Notes under the pieces: model-generated
Databases searched by the model: none
Told to the model about the DNA's origin: nothing
Seen by the model: only the letters and a program-made list of their open reading frames with translations
Assembly (NCBI GenBank): GCA_945870175.1
Contig: CAMBRJ010000001.1
Location: 1-43,014 of the forward strand
Source of the DNA: Gemmatimonas phototrophica
GTDB taxonomy: Bacteria; Gemmatimonadota; Gemmatimonadetes; Gemmatimonadales; Gemmatimonadaceae
Direction of reading: 5' to 3'
DNA: 43,014 nt
Made by a program: the position numbers and the translations under genes
Shown: one piece after another, positions 1-8,856 of the stretch
Layout: every line of letters starts with the position of its first letter
Numbering within the stretch: position 1 is the stretch's first letter

Positions 1-668
1 GCGCCGTCTCGCAACACCGCCGCCTGCGGGGCGGTGTGCAGCAGCGCGCGCAGCGCGTCGCGCAGCGACTCCGCCGCATTTCTTATCCGGGCCGGAGCGA
101 TCGGCCCGTCGTCTTCCTCGGGGAAGTCGATGTCGTAGGCGATCAGCGCTTCGAGGTGAATGACGTCGTCGCGCAACGCGAGCAGACGCCGAGAGAGCCC
201 GCCATCCAGCTGCGATAGTGCCTGACGATGCATGGCCGTGGTGCGCGCGTCGATCAGATCGGCCACCGCTTCGGCCTGCACCAGATCCAGGCGGCCGTTC
301 AGCACCGCCCGCCGTGTGAACTCACCCGGCGTGGCCGGGCGCGCGCCCGCGGCCACGCAGGCGGCCAGCACCAGCGCCGGAACGACGTGACCGCCGTGTG
401 TGGCAATCTCCACCACCTCATCGCCCGTATACGAACGCGGCGCGGCAAACCAAGTGATCAGCGCGTCGTCGAGCGGTTCGCCGTTGGGGTGTCGTAGCGC
501 CACGCGGGTCGCGCGGCGCGGCTGCAGCCCGGATGCGCCAAGGGCGCGAGCGATATCGATCGCGCGCGCCCCCGACAGCCGGATCACCGCAATCGCCCCG
601 CGTCCAGCGGCCGTGGCAAGGGCAACGATCGTGTCGTCGCCACCAGGCAGCTGGCGGGCCGTCACCAC
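1..668 (-). CDS. mnmE: tRNA modification GTPase MnmE (TrmE), 5' part; runs off the window edge
   Basis: Manual translation from GTG 668 (or 665): VVTARQLPGGDDTIVALATAAGRGAIAVIRLSG, later PGEFTRRAVLNGRLDLVQAEAVADLIDA. Directly downstream of yidC. Absent from the ORF track because it has no stop in the window. Confidence 0.95.
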   Translation of the reverse strand, partial: MVTARQLPGGDDTIVALATAAGRGAIAVIRLSGARAIDIARALGASGLQPRRATRVALRHPNGEPLDDALITWFAAPRSYTGDEVVEIATHGGHVVPALVLAACVAAGARPATPGEFTRRAVLNGRLDLVQAEAVADLIDARTTAMHRQALSQLDGGLSRRLLALRDDVIHLEALIAYDIDFPEEDDGPIAPARIRNAAESLRDALRALLHTAPQAAVLRDG

Positions 669-672
669 GTCG

Positions 673-2376
673 TTATCCCCGCACAACCGGTGGTTGCGCC
701 TTCGTGCGCTCCCTCGAGATCAGCCACTGCTGCGGCAACGACGCGAGGTTCTGCACGAAGTAATAGAGATTGAGACCCGAGGCCATGTTGAAGAAAATCA
801 CCATCATCATGGCGGGCATCAGGTACATCATCATCTTCTGCTGCTCGTTCGCCTTCATGCCGCGCATGCCGATGTACGACAAGCCCATCGCCGTGATCGC
901 CACGAGCACCGGCAGCACGTAGAGCGGATCCTTGAGCGAGATGTCGGGGAACCACAGGAACGACACGCCGCGGAACTCGATCGTGTTCTGAAACACGAAG
1001 AAGAGCGCAAAGAACACCGGCAACGGAATCAGCATCGGCACACAGCCCGACAGGGAGCTGAACGGCGACATGCCGTGCTCCTTGTACACGCGCATCATTT
1101 CGGCCTGCAACTTGGTCGGATCGCCCTTGTACTTGGTCTGGATTTCGGCCAGGTACGGCTGAATGCGCTGCATTTGCATCGAGCTGCGCATGGCCTTCTG
1201 ATTCAACGGCCACAGAATGAGACGCACCGCTACGCCGAATACCACCAGAATCCAGCCATACGAAAGCCCAAGCGTCGACTTCATCCAGAGCAGTAGGCGA
1301 ATCACCATCGTGGCGAACGGCTGCACGACACCCTGCAACCAGCCGCCATACGGGTTCGACGTCTCGAACGAACGCCCGATCGCCTCGAGCCGCTCGTACT
1401 CCTGCGGACCGGCGTACACTTCGAACGCCACGGCGCCGCTCTTCAGCGAGGCGACGATCGTGGCTTCACTGCGCGTGGCCGCCTTCGCCACCCGCACACC
1501 GCCCGTAAAGTTCACCTCGGCGAAGCCGGGCACACCCTGCGGAGCGAGCACGCCCATCAGGAAGTACTTGTTCTTGGCCACGGCCCAGTTGATCGGACCC
1601 GCTTCGATACGTCGCTCGCCGGGATCGAGCGAGGCGAAGGTGACCCCTTTTGCATTCTGCTGATCGAGCTTGAAGGCGTACGCGAGATGCGACTGATCTT
1701 CGGTGGTGTCCGATTCCGACGAGCGAAAGCCGGGCGGCATGTCGATCAGTAAGAAGCTGTTCTCGGGCGCGCCCTGCACCGTCGCCGACACATTCACGCG
1801 GTAGCTGTCGGGCAGGAATGAGTACGCGATCGTGATGGCACGGGCACCGACGGTGGCGTCATAGCGCACCACGGCGCGGCCGTTCTCTTCGGTGCGCGTG
1901 CTGGTGAAGGTCTGCGCATTCAGCGCGACCGTGTCACCGGGCGACACGAGACGGAAGCTGAGCAACCGGTCGCCCGCCTTCGCGAGCTCCACCGGGCCGC
2001 CTTTGGTGCGCCCCTTGTTGGAGAGCGCGAGGTACTGCGGCATCTCCACGCCGATCAGCGCAGCGCCCCGGTTCGTGGTGCGGAAGATGGCCTGCGTGGT
2101 GGTGACCACGGCGGTATCGACGGGCATCACGACGGGCATCGCGACGGGCTGAGACGCCGCGATGACGGAGTCGGGCAGGGCGCTCAGGCCGGGCGCCGTG
2201 GCCGAGGCGGCGGCCGTGGCAGCCGCGGACGCCGCGACGACGGGAGTGCTGCTGGCGGAGTCTGTTACCGCAGTCTTGCTTCCGGGCGCCGGCACAGGCG
2301 ACGGGAAGAGAATCGGCGTCAGAATCAGGACCGCCGCCATCAGGACGACGGCGAGGGCGATGCGACGTGGTTCCAT
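673..2376 (-). CDS. yidC: Membrane protein insertase YidC
   Basis: N-terminal TM (MEPRRIALAVVLM), periplasmic domain, conserved core RLILWPL..SMQMQRIQP..GCVPMLIPLPVF..DPLYVLP..SGLNLYY. Start trimmed from 2577 to ATG 2376. Confidence 0.96.
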   Translation of the reverse strand: MEPRRIALAVVLMAAVLILTPILFPSPVPAPGSKTAVTDSASSTPVVAASAAATAAASATAPGLSALPDSVIAASQPVAMPVVMPVDTAVVTTTQAIFRTTNRGAALIGVEMPQYLALSNKGRTKGGPVELAKAGDRLLSFRLVSPGDTVALNAQTFTSTRTEENGRAVVRYDATVGARAITIAYSFLPDSYRVNVSATVQGAPENSFLLIDMPPGFRSSESDTTEDQSHLAYAFKLDQQNAKGVTFASLDPGERRIEAGPINWAVAKNKYFLMGVLAPQGVPGFAEVNFTGGVRVAKAATRSEATIVASLKSGAVAFEVYAGPQEYERLEAIGRSFETSNPYGGWLQGVVQPFATMVIRLLLWMKSTLGLSYGWILVVFGVAVRLILWPLNQKAMRSSMQMQRIQPYLAEIQTKYKGDPTKLQAEMMRVYKEHGMSPFSSLSGCVPMLIPLPVFFALFFVFQNTIEFRGVSFLWFPDISLKDPLYVLPVLVAITAMGLSYIGMRGMKANEQQKMMMYLMPAMMMVIFFNMASGLNLYYFVQNLASLPQQWLISRERTKAQPPVVRG

Positions 2377-2395
2377 GGTCTGTATAGGGGAGCGC

Positions 2396-2608
2396 TCAGG
2401 GCACCGGATCAAATCCGCCGGGCCGGAACGGATGACAGCGCCCGATTCGGCGCAACGCCATCCATCCTCCGCGCAGCGCACCGTGACGCTCCAGCGCCTC
2501 GAGCGCGTACGCAGAACACGAAGGATAATAGCGGCAGGCGCCCCCGAAGATGGGCGACAGCGTGAGTTGGTACCCACGCACTACCAGCATGAACAGCTTC
2601 GCGATCAC
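2396..2608 (-). CDS. yidD: Membrane protein insertion efficiency factor YidD
   Basis: [39 protein letters not shown] signature; position between rnpA and yidC. Start GTG 2608 or ATG 2590. Confidence 0.95.
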   Translation of the reverse strand: MIAKLFMLVVRGYQLTLSPIFGGACRYYPSCSAYALEALERHGALRGGWMALRRIGRCHPFRPGGFDPVP

Positions 2609-2624
2609 AGCGGACGAGTTGGAG

Positions 2625-2978
2625 TTACCGGGCGATGCGACGCACAGCCTGCAACACTTCGGCGCGCAGTGTCTCGAAGTTTCTCGTGTAAGCCACCGGA
2701 AGCACCTTGAACACAAGGTCCACCGGCGCCAGCCCAGGGAGTACTTCAAGACGGATGAGCTCACGGAGCCGGCGTTTCAGGCGGTTCCGCGCGACACCCG
2801 ACTGCTTGTACTTGGGTACCACAAAGCCAACGCGGGGAACGCCAAGAAGGGAAGACAGAGTGCGCACATCCAATGAGGCGGTGCGCACTCGCTTCCCTTC
2901 GTGTCGAACTCGCTCGAGATCGGACCCGCGCGTTAAACGTTGCGCGCGCGGGAACGACCGGGAATCAGGCGCCGGTAT
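2625..2978 (-). CDS. rnpA: Ribonuclease P protein component (probable ATA start)
   Basis: [21 protein letters not shown] (RNR motif). The conserved N-terminal FPRAQRL lies upstream of the first GTG (2888); the only start-like in-frame codon before it is ATA 2978, giving 117 aa. Confidence 0.92.
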   Translation of the reverse strand: MPAPDSRSFPRAQRLTRGSDLERVRHEGKRVRTASLDVRTLSSLLGVPRVGFVVPKYKQSGVARNRLKRRLRELIRLEVLPGLAPVDLVFKVLPVAYTRNFETLRAEVLQAVRRIAR

Positions 2979-3129
2979 ACTTCGTCGGGATCTGGACGGT
3001 CAACACCTTGCGGCCCTTGCGGCGACGACGGGCGAGCACCTCACGGCCCCACTTCGTCTCCATACGCGCACGGAAACCGTGCTTGCGGACTCGCTTGGTG
3101 TTACGCGGATTGTATGTGGGCTTGCCCAT
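2965..3129 (-). CDS. rpmH: 50S ribosomal protein L34 (54 aa)
   Basis: [45 protein letters not shown]; divergent from dnaA. Confidence 0.98.
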   Translation of the reverse strand: MGKPTYNPRNTKRVRKHGFRARMETKWGREVLARRRRKGRKVLTVQIPTKYTGA

Positions 3130-3246
3130 AGTAATGCTCGAGGTAACGCGGGATGAATCGCGGCGGGTCGACTTGAATTTCTCAGCACCCGCACCACCCA
3201 CGCGACCTCACAGCCGCGGTGTGGCAGAGTCCTGACCTAGCCTTAC

Positions 3247-3276
3247 AAATTACTCGCGCGAGTGGCGTGAGGTCAA
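3247..3276 (-). promoter_or_regulatory. Putative sigma70 promoter of the rpmH operon
   Basis: TTGACC-N18-TAATTT on the - strand about 120 nt upstream of rpmH; the spacer region contains the palindrome ACTCGCGCGAGT. Confidence 0.5.
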
Positions 3277-3382
3277 CCCCGCCAAGTACACCCGTGACAA
3301 CGATTTGCCCTCGTCCGCCGAATCCGAACACCGACTTGCTTGCGCTCACGAATGGGAGGCTGGTGTCACGTCGCTGACGCGA

Positions 3383-3410
3383 TTGACTTATCCACACACA
3401 CGCGTAACCT
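3383..3410 (+). promoter_or_regulatory. Putative dnaA promoter overlapped by a perfect DnaA box
   Basis: TTGACT (3383-3388)-N16-TAACCT (3405-3410); TTATCCACA at 3388-3396 sits in the spacer, as expected for autoregulation. Confidence 0.7.
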
Positions 3411-3470
3411 TCGCCGCCCCCGCCTGATTCTCGCCACTGGCCGGGGCCGCCAGAACCCCCTCCCCACGTC

Positions 3471-4889
3471 ATGTCCCTTACGCCTGCCGAAACCTGGGAT
3501 CGCCTGCGCCAACGCGCACGCCAGGTCCTCCCGGAGCAGACGTATCGCACCTGGCTCGAGCCCACCGATGCCCTCGGTGTGGAAGGCGACACCCTGCTCA
3601 TTGGCGCCCCAGATCAGTTTTCCGCAGACTGGAACGAATCCAAGCACGCAGATCTGCTGACCAGCTTCGCCGCCGTCGCCCTCGGGCACCCCATGAAGGT
3701 GCGCTTCAAGGTGGCCGAAGAACGCATGGGACGCGTACAGATGGACATGTTCGTGCAGCCGCCGCCAACCCCTGTGGTGGCGCCACGAACAGCACATCAA
3801 CAACGCCTGTCGGCGCCACTGAACCCCAGGTATACGTTCGACCAGTTCGTCATCGGCAAGTCGAACGACGTCGCCGCCGCCGCCGCCCAGGCCGCCGCCC
3901 AAGCGCCAGGCAAAGTCTACAATCCGCTCTTTATCTACGGCGAAACCGGACTCGGCAAGACGCACCTCATGCAGGGCATCGCCCACGAGCTGCTCACACG
4001 CACCCCCACGCTGCGCCTCGCCTTCGTCGGGACCGAGCAGTTCACCAATGAGTTCATCAACGCGATTCAGACCGGACAGATGGGCGATTTCCGGCGCCGC
4101 TTCCGGGAAATCGACCTCCTGCTGGTCGACGACGTCCAGTTTCTGAAGGGGAAGGAATCCACTCAAGAAGAATTCTTCCACACCTTCAATGCCATCTATG
4201 AGGCCGGTCGTCAGATCGTCCTCACCTCCGACCGGCCACCCAAGGACATCCCCGGACTCGAGGCCAGACTGGTCTCCCGGTTCGAGTGGGGCATGGTCGC
4301 CAATGTCGATGCCCCCGATCTGGAGCACCGGATCGCGATCCTCCGCAAGAAGGCGAGCCTCGACCACCTCGAGCTCACCATCCCCGACGAGGTCATCGAA
4401 TTCATCGCCCAGCATGTGAAGTCGTCGGTGCGTGAGCTGGAAGGCTCCATCATCAAGCTCCTGGCGTACGCATCCCTCAAGCACCGCGAGATCTCCATCG
4501 AACTGGCCCGCGAAGCGCTTCGCGACAAACTCAAAAGTGCCACGACCTCGGATTTCCCCGATATCCCACCCACCACGATCACCGTGGCCACCATTCAACA
4601 GGTGGTCTCGCGCGAATGGGGCGTTACCCCAGACGGGCTACGCTCGAAAACCCGGACCAAGCAGCTCACCACCCCACGCCAGATCGCGATGTATCTGTGC
4701 CGGGAGCTGTTGGCGCTCCAGCTGGTCGAAATTGGCAACGCCTTCGGCGGACGCGATCACTCCACCGTGATCCATTCGCTCGATCGGGTGGCCGAGGATA
4801 TGGGCCGAGAACCCGGTTTTGCCGACCGGGTGCTGAAGGTGCGAGGCATGTTGGAAACGCTCCGATCCACTGGACAACTCGGCACCTGA
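3471..4889 (+). CDS. dnaA: Chromosomal replication initiator DnaA
   Basis: LNPRYTFDQFVIG, YNPLFIYGETGLGKTHL (Walker A), LLLVDDVQF (Walker B), QEEFFHTFN, domain IV FGGRDHSTVIH. Confidence 0.99.
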   Translation: MSLTPAETWDRLRQRARQVLPEQTYRTWLEPTDALGVEGDTLLIGAPDQFSADWNESKHADLLTSFAAVALGHPMKVRFKVAEERMGRVQMDMFVQPPPTPVVAPRTAHQQRLSAPLNPRYTFDQFVIGKSNDVAAAAAQAAAQAPGKVYNPLFIYGETGLGKTHLMQGIAHELLTRTPTLRLAFVGTEQFTNEFINAIQTGQMGDFRRRFREIDLLLVDDVQFLKGKESTQEEFFHTFNAIYEAGRQIVLTSDRPPKDIPGLEARLVSRFEWGMVANVDAPDLEHRIAILRKKASLDHLELTIPDEVIEFIAQHVKSSVRELEGSIIKLLAYASLKHREISIELAREALRDKLKSATTSDFPDIPPTTITVATIQQVVSREWGVTPDGLRSKTRTKQLTTPRQIAMYLCRELLALQLVEIGNAFGGRDHSTVIHSLDRVAEDMGREPGFADRVLKVRGMLETLRSTGQLGT

Positions 4890-5119
4890 GTCCCCAGTCG
4901 TCCACATCGCCGAGCATCTTTCCCCCCATTCTCGGGCCCGGATGTGCAGGAATGCGGAGAAAAAGCACTACTCGACATGGAATGCACATGACTCGGCATG
5001 GCGGAAGTGCTTTGGCACATGTAGCTTGCGGCGTTTGTAGACAAGCCCACACGCCCTGCTGCTACTACCAGTTTTATCTCTAAAACTCTTTTTAACAGCA
5101 GTCCTTCCACACAACGGGC
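4890..5119. other. Probable replication origin oriC (dnaA-dnaN intergenic)
   Basis: Several degenerate DnaA boxes, then box-like AAGCCCACA (5043-5051), GC spacer CGCCC, trio-like TGCTGCTACTACCA (5057-5070) and an AT-rich tract (5071-5096). Confidence 0.8.
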
Positions 5120-6232
5120 ATGCGCTTCACGATCTCGCGCGAGAAACTCCAAGAAGGACTCGCGGCGGTAACCGCCGCCGTACCGGCCAAGACGACCTTG
5201 CCGGTCCTGTCGAACCTGCTCGTCGAAACCACCGAGCGCGGGATTCGTCTGTCCGCGACCGACCTCGATATTGCCGTCAGCACGGAAGTCAGTGCCGACG
5301 TCGAAACGCCAGGGGCGATCACGATTCCCGCCAAGAAACTCAGCGAGATCGCGCGCGAACTGCCGCCGTCTCCCGTAAAAGTTTCGGCCAGCGGTGAACA
5401 GCGCGTCACCATCGAATGCGGGCGATCCCGGTTCAAGCTGCTTGGACTGCCACGCGATGAGTTTCCAACGTTCCCCACCGTGCGCTTCAATGAGTCGTGG
5501 CGCGTGAAATCGGGCGAACTCCAAAAGCTCATTTCGCATGTCGCCTTCGCGGTGAGCACCGAAGAGTCACGACCCATTCTCAATGGCGTGCTCTGGGAGC
5601 TCCGCGAGGATCGCATGCGCATGGTGGCCACCAATGGGCACCGCCTGTCGAAGATGGAATTGCCGGTGGAATCGAGTAGCGCCCCTCCAGGTGATCTGAT
5701 CGTGCCGCCCAAGGCGCTCGAGCAGATCAAGCGTCTCTTCCCCGCCGAAGAAGAACTCGAGATTGCGCGCGGTGAAAATCATCTCGGTTTCCGATCGCCG
5801 TTTACATCGGTGTTCACCCGCCTCATCGAAGGCCCGTATCCGAACTACGAACAGGTCATTCCGAAGGACAACGATCGCTTCTGCCTGTGCGACAAGGCCG
5901 CGCTCACCAGTGCGCTGAAGCGCATGAGCGTGATCGCGTCGGATCAGACCCACCGCATCAAGATGTCGTTCAACACCGGCATGTTGAAGTTCAGCGTCAC
6001 CACGCCAGACCTGGGCGAAGCCTCCGACGAACTGCCCGTGAATTACAATGGCGACCAGCTCGATATCGGCTTCAATGCTACGTATCTACTGGAGATCCTG
6101 CGCTATATGCCCACGGAGCAGGTACGCCTCACGTTTAAGGCGCCAGAACGCGCGGCCACGATCGAACCTGAAGGCTGGGATGATCCGGCCAAGTATCTCT
6201 GCTTAGTGATGCCGTTGCGCTTGATGGACTAA
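5120..6232 (+). CDS. dnaN: DNA polymerase III beta sliding clamp
   Basis: TTLPVLSNLL, SATDLDI, SRPILNGV, VATNGHRL, RLIEGPYPNYEQVIP, IGFNATYLLE, C-terminal LVMPLRL. Confidence 0.99.
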   Translation: MRFTISREKLQEGLAAVTAAVPAKTTLPVLSNLLVETTERGIRLSATDLDIAVSTEVSADVETPGAITIPAKKLSEIARELPPSPVKVSASGEQRVTIECGRSRFKLLGLPRDEFPTFPTVRFNESWRVKSGELQKLISHVAFAVSTEESRPILNGVLWELREDRMRMVATNGHRLSKMELPVESSSAPPGDLIVPPKALEQIKRLFPAEEELEIARGENHLGFRSPFTSVFTRLIEGPYPNYEQVIPKDNDRFCLCDKAALTSALKRMSVIASDQTHRIKMSFNTGMLKFSVTTPDLGEASDELPVNYNGDQLDIGFNATYLLEILRYMPTEQVRLTFKAPERAATIEPEGWDDPAKYLCLVMPLRLMD

Positions 6233-6256
6233 TAATCAGCGCCATGCCGATAGCTG

Positions 6257-7192
6257 TCAGCGCTGTCGTTCCGCCCGGATCTCTACCCGTTGCAGCACCT
6301 GCTGCGATCGTGGCGTTCCGGGCGGAATGCGTTCCATGAGCTGCATGGTGAGTGTGCTGGTTCCCTGTAGCGTCTCTAGGATACCCGTGCGCGCGGCAAT
6401 CTCGAGGCGTTGCGACCCTGACCCTGTGCCGATCAGTTCGAAGGCCCGAAACGCAGTGCCGCCTTTGCCTTCCAGTTTCGTCGTCATCTCCCGACGTACG
6501 ACTAGCGTTTCTCGCGACACCGTGGCCAACGTGGAGCGCGTGGTCGTATAGACCGTGAGCGGCACGCCGTTCCGACACACTAACGTCACGGTGCTGTCGC
6601 GCCACTGATCGCCCTCCCCAACGCCGTCGGGGATGCGCACGAGGAGCTCACGCGCCAGCTGCATGGCACTCACCTCGGGACGATCGCACTCATTCGCCAA
6701 CGGCGGACGGGCGACCACGCGTAGATTCGTGCTGTCGATGAGGGCGTCGATCAGCAACAGCGATGATCGTGAGAGTGCCGAGGCCGATACGGCCAACGGC
6801 TCAGTGCTTTCGGCGATGCTGCTGCGCACCGTGAACGAATCCACCTGTCCCGATCCGCGCAGCGCGCCGGTAGCCGTTCGCTCGAAGGACATCGACACGA
6901 GCGTTCGCGTGTCAATGCGTTGTTCATCGGAGACACCAGCCGGCATCGCGGCCCCGCTGACTTTCAGGCGGGTCACCGCCGATATGGTCCAGTCAGTACG
7001 CGGTTGCGAGCGCGGCAGCAGCACGCGAGTGCTGGTGATCGGCGCTGGCGGTGTGGGCGCCGTCACGACCGGACTCGGCGTGGGTGATGGCGCGGCCGCC
7101 CCAGGTGCGCAGGCTAGCATCAGCATAGGGCCAGCCACACACCATGCGGCCAAACGAGCCATGGATGTCATCGGTTCAATACCACGTGCCAC
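6257..7192 (-). CDS. Hypothetical lipoprotein (Pro-rich linker, predicted beta-rich domain)
   Basis: Hydrophobic signal with lipobox-like MLAC, then a Pro/Ala/Thr linker and many alternating beta-strand segments. Exact start uncertain. Confidence 0.7.
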   Translation of the reverse strand: MARGIEPMTSMARLAAWCVAGPMLMLACAPGAAAPSPTPSPVVTAPTPPAPITSTRVLLPRSQPRTDWTISAVTRLKVSGAAMPAGVSDEQRIDTRTLVSMSFERTATGALRGSGQVDSFTVRSSIAESTEPLAVSASALSRSSLLLIDALIDSTNLRVVARPPLANECDRPEVSAMQLARELLVRIPDGVGEGDQWRDSTVTLVCRNGVPLTVYTTTRSTLATVSRETLVVRREMTTKLEGKGGTAFRAFELIGTGSGSQRLEIAARTGILETLQGTSTLTMQLMERIPPGTPRSQQVLQRVEIRAERQR

Positions 7193-7231
7193 TCCACTGG
7201 AAACTCCGTGAGGGGTTCCGAGATCTCATGG

Positions 7232-7659
7232 AAAGTCGCCGGCCTATAAGCCGGGTTCTGTCAGTGCTGACATACGCAAGCGCACACCAACACCGGACGG
7301 TCATTCCTCTCGGCGTGCAGTCACCCACACGCTCCAGCAGCCTACCCGCGACTCGACGTCTTGCGACGTCCTTGCGAGACGGGTCATCTCTCGCCGCTTA
7401 TTTGGCCTTGCTCCGACTGGGGTTTACCGAGCCACCTTCGTTACCGAAGGCGCGGTGGGCTCTTACCCCACCCTTTCACCCTTACCGCAGCATCGGTTGC
7501 CCAATGACACGGCGGTTTGCTTTCTGTTGCACTGTCCGTCGCACGAAGCTCACGCCGCATGCGCCCAGGCGTTACCTGGCAGTCTACCCTGTGGAGCCCG
7601 GACTTTCCTCGGTGCCTGAACTTGCGCCCAGACATCGCGACCATCCGGCCGGCGACCAA
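7232..7659 (-). ncRNA. rnpB: RNase P RNA, bacterial type A
   Basis: The - strand carries GAGGAAAGTCCGGGCTCC, AGTGCAACAGAAAGCAAACCGCC, GGTAAACCCC, GGAGCAAGGCCAAAT and ACAGAACCCGGCTTAT. P1 helix GTCGCCGGCC/GGCCGGCGAC spans 7235-7656. Confidence 0.98.
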
Positions 7660-7851
7660 TCCATGAGAACAAGAAATATAACCGGCCAGCCTACACACCC
7701 GTATCGTGGTGCGGTTCTACTGCGAACGAATACATCCTATCGCCACACAGTGACGGCATAATGACGACAGTACGGTAGCCTCTCGTCGTGATCGGCCCGC
7801 TGTACCCGCAGCGCCGGCCCGTGCACAAACACTCCGCTGGGGGAGGTGCGT

Positions 7852-8856
7852 ATGACAGCTCTGTCGCGATCGTTGGCAACTTCGCAGGCTCCTACCACCG
7901 TCTATCCGAGAACGCCGGTGACGTCTGTGGCGGCGACACCGTCGGACGACGTTTCTGCACGATCCATCGTGACATTTCTCACGCCTGCTGAGCGTCAACG
8001 GGTGGATGCGTTGGGGAAAGGGAGCTATACCACCGTACATCACGAAAGCTTCGACGACATACTGCGCGATCTGCGCACCCAGCCCGTATCGGCGATTCTG
8101 GTGTCGGTGTCCCGCTATCAACAGCACCACGGCGCCCAGGTGGCACGCATGGTACGGGAGTTTCCGCGCGTTCCCGCGGTGGCGTTGCTGACCGGCAATG
8201 AAGCGCGCACCACCCAATCGTTACTCGCGTTGGGGAAGCAGGGGGTGCAGACGTTGGTGGACGCGCGCGACCCCGCCGGATGGCGCGACCTGCGACAGTT
8301 CGTGAATCGCGAAGTCTCCACGACGATTGAATCCGTGGCGATCCGTCGCATTCGCGCCGATCTCACCGGTGCCAACGACGACTGCCTGCGCTTCTTCGAC
8401 GAGCTCTTTCTCGCGCCGATGTCGCTCACCACGGTGCGTCAGTTGGCGCGTCGGTTGGGCGTGGTGCCCACCACCTTTATGAGCCGGTTCTTTCGCGCCG
8501 GCATTCCCGCACCCAAGAAGTATCTTGCCACCGCGCGGTTGGTGCGTGCGGCGCGACTGCTCGAGAACCCTGGCTACAGCCTCACGCAGGTCGCGTTCTT
8601 GCTCGAGTACTCGTCACCGCAGAGCTTCTCGCGGCATGTCACGCATTCACTGCAGTGCGGCGCGGCAGAGTTTCGCAAAACGTACAGTGGCGAAGCCATG
8701 CTCGAGTACCTGCGGCAGCGACTCATTCTGCCGTATCAACAACAGCTCATCGCGTTCGTACCCGTCGAGGTCACGCCGCCATGGATTTCGCGCCTTGCGC
8801 TGGTGCCGGTACCGGGGCCGGTAATTGCACCCCCTCGCGTGACTGCGTCGGCGTAG
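7852..8856 (+). CDS. AraC-family transcriptional regulator with a degenerate receiver-like N-terminal domain
   Basis: C-terminal double HTH (TVRQLARRLGV..PKKYLATARLVRAARLL..SLTQVAFLLEYSSPQSFSRH); SD GGGAGG before ATG 7852. Confidence 0.85.
   Translation: MTALSRSLATSQAPTTVYPRTPVTSVAATPSDDVSARSIVTFLTPAERQRVDALGKGSYTTVHHESFDDILRDLRTQPVSAILVSVSRYQQHHGAQVARMVREFPRVPAVALLTGNEARTTQSLLALGKQGVQTLVDARDPAGWRDLRQFVNREVSTTIESVAIRRIRADLTGANDDCLRFFDELFLAPMSLTTVRQLARRLGVVPTTFMSRFFRAGIPAPKKYLATARLVRAARLLENPGYSLTQVAFLLEYSSPQSFSRHVTHSLQCGAAEFRKTYSGEAMLEYLRQRLILPYQQQLIAFVPVEVTPPWISRLALVPVPGPVIAPPRVTASA

Noticed and set aside
3000-3197. Thermus-style rnpA starting upstream of and spanning rpmH
   Set aside because: This ORF is in the rnpA frame but is closed by TGA at 3000-3002; there is no evidence for readthrough.
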